Positions 53,519 to 54,765 of a DNA stretch of 54,765 nucleotides are shown in pieces. The notes beneath the pieces are model-generated. The model saw nothing but the letters and a program-made list of their open reading frames with translations, was not told the DNA's origin and did not search any database. A program made the translations under genes and the position numbers. The DNA lies in assembly GCA_964350495.1 (NCBI GenBank), contig CAYGKG010000006.1, positions 8,412-63,176 on the forward strand. The letters run 5' to 3'. The DNA comes from an uncultured Alphaproteobacteria bacterium (GTDB lineage Bacteria; Pseudomonadota; Alphaproteobacteria; SHVP01). Every line of letters starts with the position of its first letter. Within the stretch, counting starts at the first letter, position 1.

Positions 53519-54133
53519 CTAAAGAGCGAGAGCGAACCTGGCCGCTGCTTGGACCGCTTCGTCGACGTTCTGGGCGTGGGTACGCCCAGAAGCCTTGCGC
53601 GGCTTTAGGTCGTGGTCGCCGTCTTCCAGCCAACGCAGCGCGATGACGGGACTAAGCTCGTACCCTGCGACATCGTCGCGGTTGCCGAGGGGATCGCGCG
53701 TCCCCTGTAGGATGAGCGTCGGCGTCCTGATCGCCCGCAAATGCTCCGTCCGCGTGGTTTGCGGCCGTCCAGCCGGGTGAAACGGGTAGCTGAAGCATAC
53801 AAGCCCGGCGACTTCCTGCTCGTCGGCGATCAGGGTTGCCATCCGTCCCCCCATGCTCTTGCCCCCGATGATGAGTCCGTCGGCACCGCCGAGTTGGGCG
53901 ATCGCGTCGCGCCACGCGTCCAGCAACACCGGTGCTCGGTCGGGGCCTTTGCGCACGCCCTGCGCGCGCCGCAAGGCCATATAGGGGAACTCGAAGCGAA
54001 CGACACGCAGTCCGCTCTTCGCCAATCCGCTGGCCACAGATGCCATGAAGGACGAATCCATCGGCGCGCCGGCTCCATGCGCCAGCACGACCGTACGTGC
54101 GGCGATCTTCTCGCCGTCAATCAGGAAATCCAT
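53519..54133 (-). CDS. Alpha/beta hydrolase (KANL3/Tex30-like)
   Basis: LAHGAGAPMDS, GGKSMGGR, YPFHP, QGTRD, GDHDL. Confidence 0.87.
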   Translation of the reverse strand: MDFLIDGEKIAARTVVLAHGAGAPMDSSFMASVASGLAKSGLRVVRFEFPYMALRRAQGVRKGPDRAPVLLDAWRDAIAQLGGADGLIIGGKSMGGRMATLIADEQEVAGLVCFSYPFHPAGRPQTTRTEHLRAIRTPTLILQGTRDPLGNRDDVAGYELSPVIALRWLEDGDHDLKPRKASGRTHAQNVDEAVQAAARFALAL

Positions 54134-54198
54134 CGGCCCTGTTCTGCCACCCGATCCGGTGCGGAGACAAGATCAGCCTGCAATCCCACCGGCACCGG

Positions 54199-54633
54199 CT
54201 AATCCCGAGGTTTGATCATTTTCTCGGCCATCGCGACAATAAACTTGGTGAGCCGCTCGGTGTGCTCGTCGCCCGCTTCGGTCGGAGAGAAATGGCCAAA
54301 GAAACGCCCGGTGCCGAGTACCTTACGAGTCTGTTCGGCGGAAATCGGCACATAGGCCATGCTCCAGTCGCCAAACAGCCTCTTATCGGTCTCGCGGGAA
54401 TCAAGCCGCTTCACGGTTACGTGCCGGGGATCGTTCGAAATCCGTTTGAACAACGCCTCGACTGCGTCCTTGGGCCCTTCCAGAACTTGAAGAAACTCGC
54501 CCTCGTAGAAGAGAAGCAGACCCGTTAGGTCGTGCTGAGGGTTGCTCGAACGTGCGTTCGCCAGAATTTTCCGTAGTTCGCCATCGTCGATCCGGGCAAC
54601 GGCCTTAGAGGAATAGACGAGTCTAAAGACCAT
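54199..54633 (-). CDS. Stand-alone BLUF blue-light sensor protein
   Basis: LVYSS (Tyr), ARSSN, TGLL, FLQVLEG (Gln), DPRH, LFGDWSM; start at MVFRLVY. Confidence 0.92.
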   Translation of the reverse strand: MVFRLVYSSKAVARIDDGELRKILANARSSNPQHDLTGLLLFYEGEFLQVLEGPKDAVEALFKRISNDPRHVTVKRLDSRETDKRLFGDWSMAYVPISAEQTRKVLGTGRFFGHFSPTEAGDEHTERLTKFIVAMAEKMIKPRD

Positions 54634-54653
54634 GCTCGTTCTTCGCTCCGCTG

Positions 54654-54674
54654 AACAATTGCCGGAAGCGGCAA
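54654..54674 (-). terminator. Weak terminator-like hairpin downstream of tRNA-Gly
   Basis: Minus strand TTGCCG-CTTC-CGGCAA-TTGTT. Confidence 0.35.
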
Positions 54675-54691
54675 CAGGAGGCGGTTTCAAT

Positions 54692-54765
54692 TGGAGCGGG
54701 TGAAGGGAATCGAACCCTCGTCGTAAGCTTGGGAAGCTTCTGCTCTACCATTGAGCTACACCCGC
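54692..54765 (-). tRNA. tRNA-Gly (CCC)
   Basis: Minus strand GCGGGTGTAGCTCAATGGTAGAGCAGAAGCTTCCCAAGCTTACGACGAGGGTTCGATTCCCTTCACCCGCTCCA: 74-nt cloverleaf, anticodon CCC, encoded CCA. Confidence 0.97.

Overview
A compact, GC-rich alphaproteobacterial core-genome segment (class I LysRS, alpha-type gene order), with no IS, prophage or CRISPR visible. In order it holds priA / fsa-DUF484-xerC; mdh-sucCDAB-(lipocalin-like)-lpdA-(hydrolase) on the minus strand; htpG; DUF1223-acnA; a complete ccmABCDEFGHI cluster; ispZ-ftsY-mtaB-dapF; ffh-rpsP-rimM-trmD-rplS-leuCDB-asd; pdxY; sdhCDAB-methyltransferase-zapE; HAD-pyrD-SRAP; a class IV aminotransferase; lysS; terB-like; a hydrolase; a BLUF protein; and tRNA-Gly(CCC). 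The best candidate for an undescribed system is the ccmI-ispZ gap (28.3-29.06 kb). It has two divergent sigma54-type promoters. One would drive a ~120-nt, three-hairpin small RNA with C-rich loops, whose predicted +1 falls on the first base of its 5' stem. The other would drive a 102-aa orphan protein. Other signals are tandem covarying hairpins in the sdhC leader, unusually basic Mdh and AcnA, a rickettsial PKMT-like methyltransferase inside the sdh-zapE run, and an SRAP protein with a beta-clamp-like tail. All calls come from reading motifs by eye. No searches were run, so novelty is untested.
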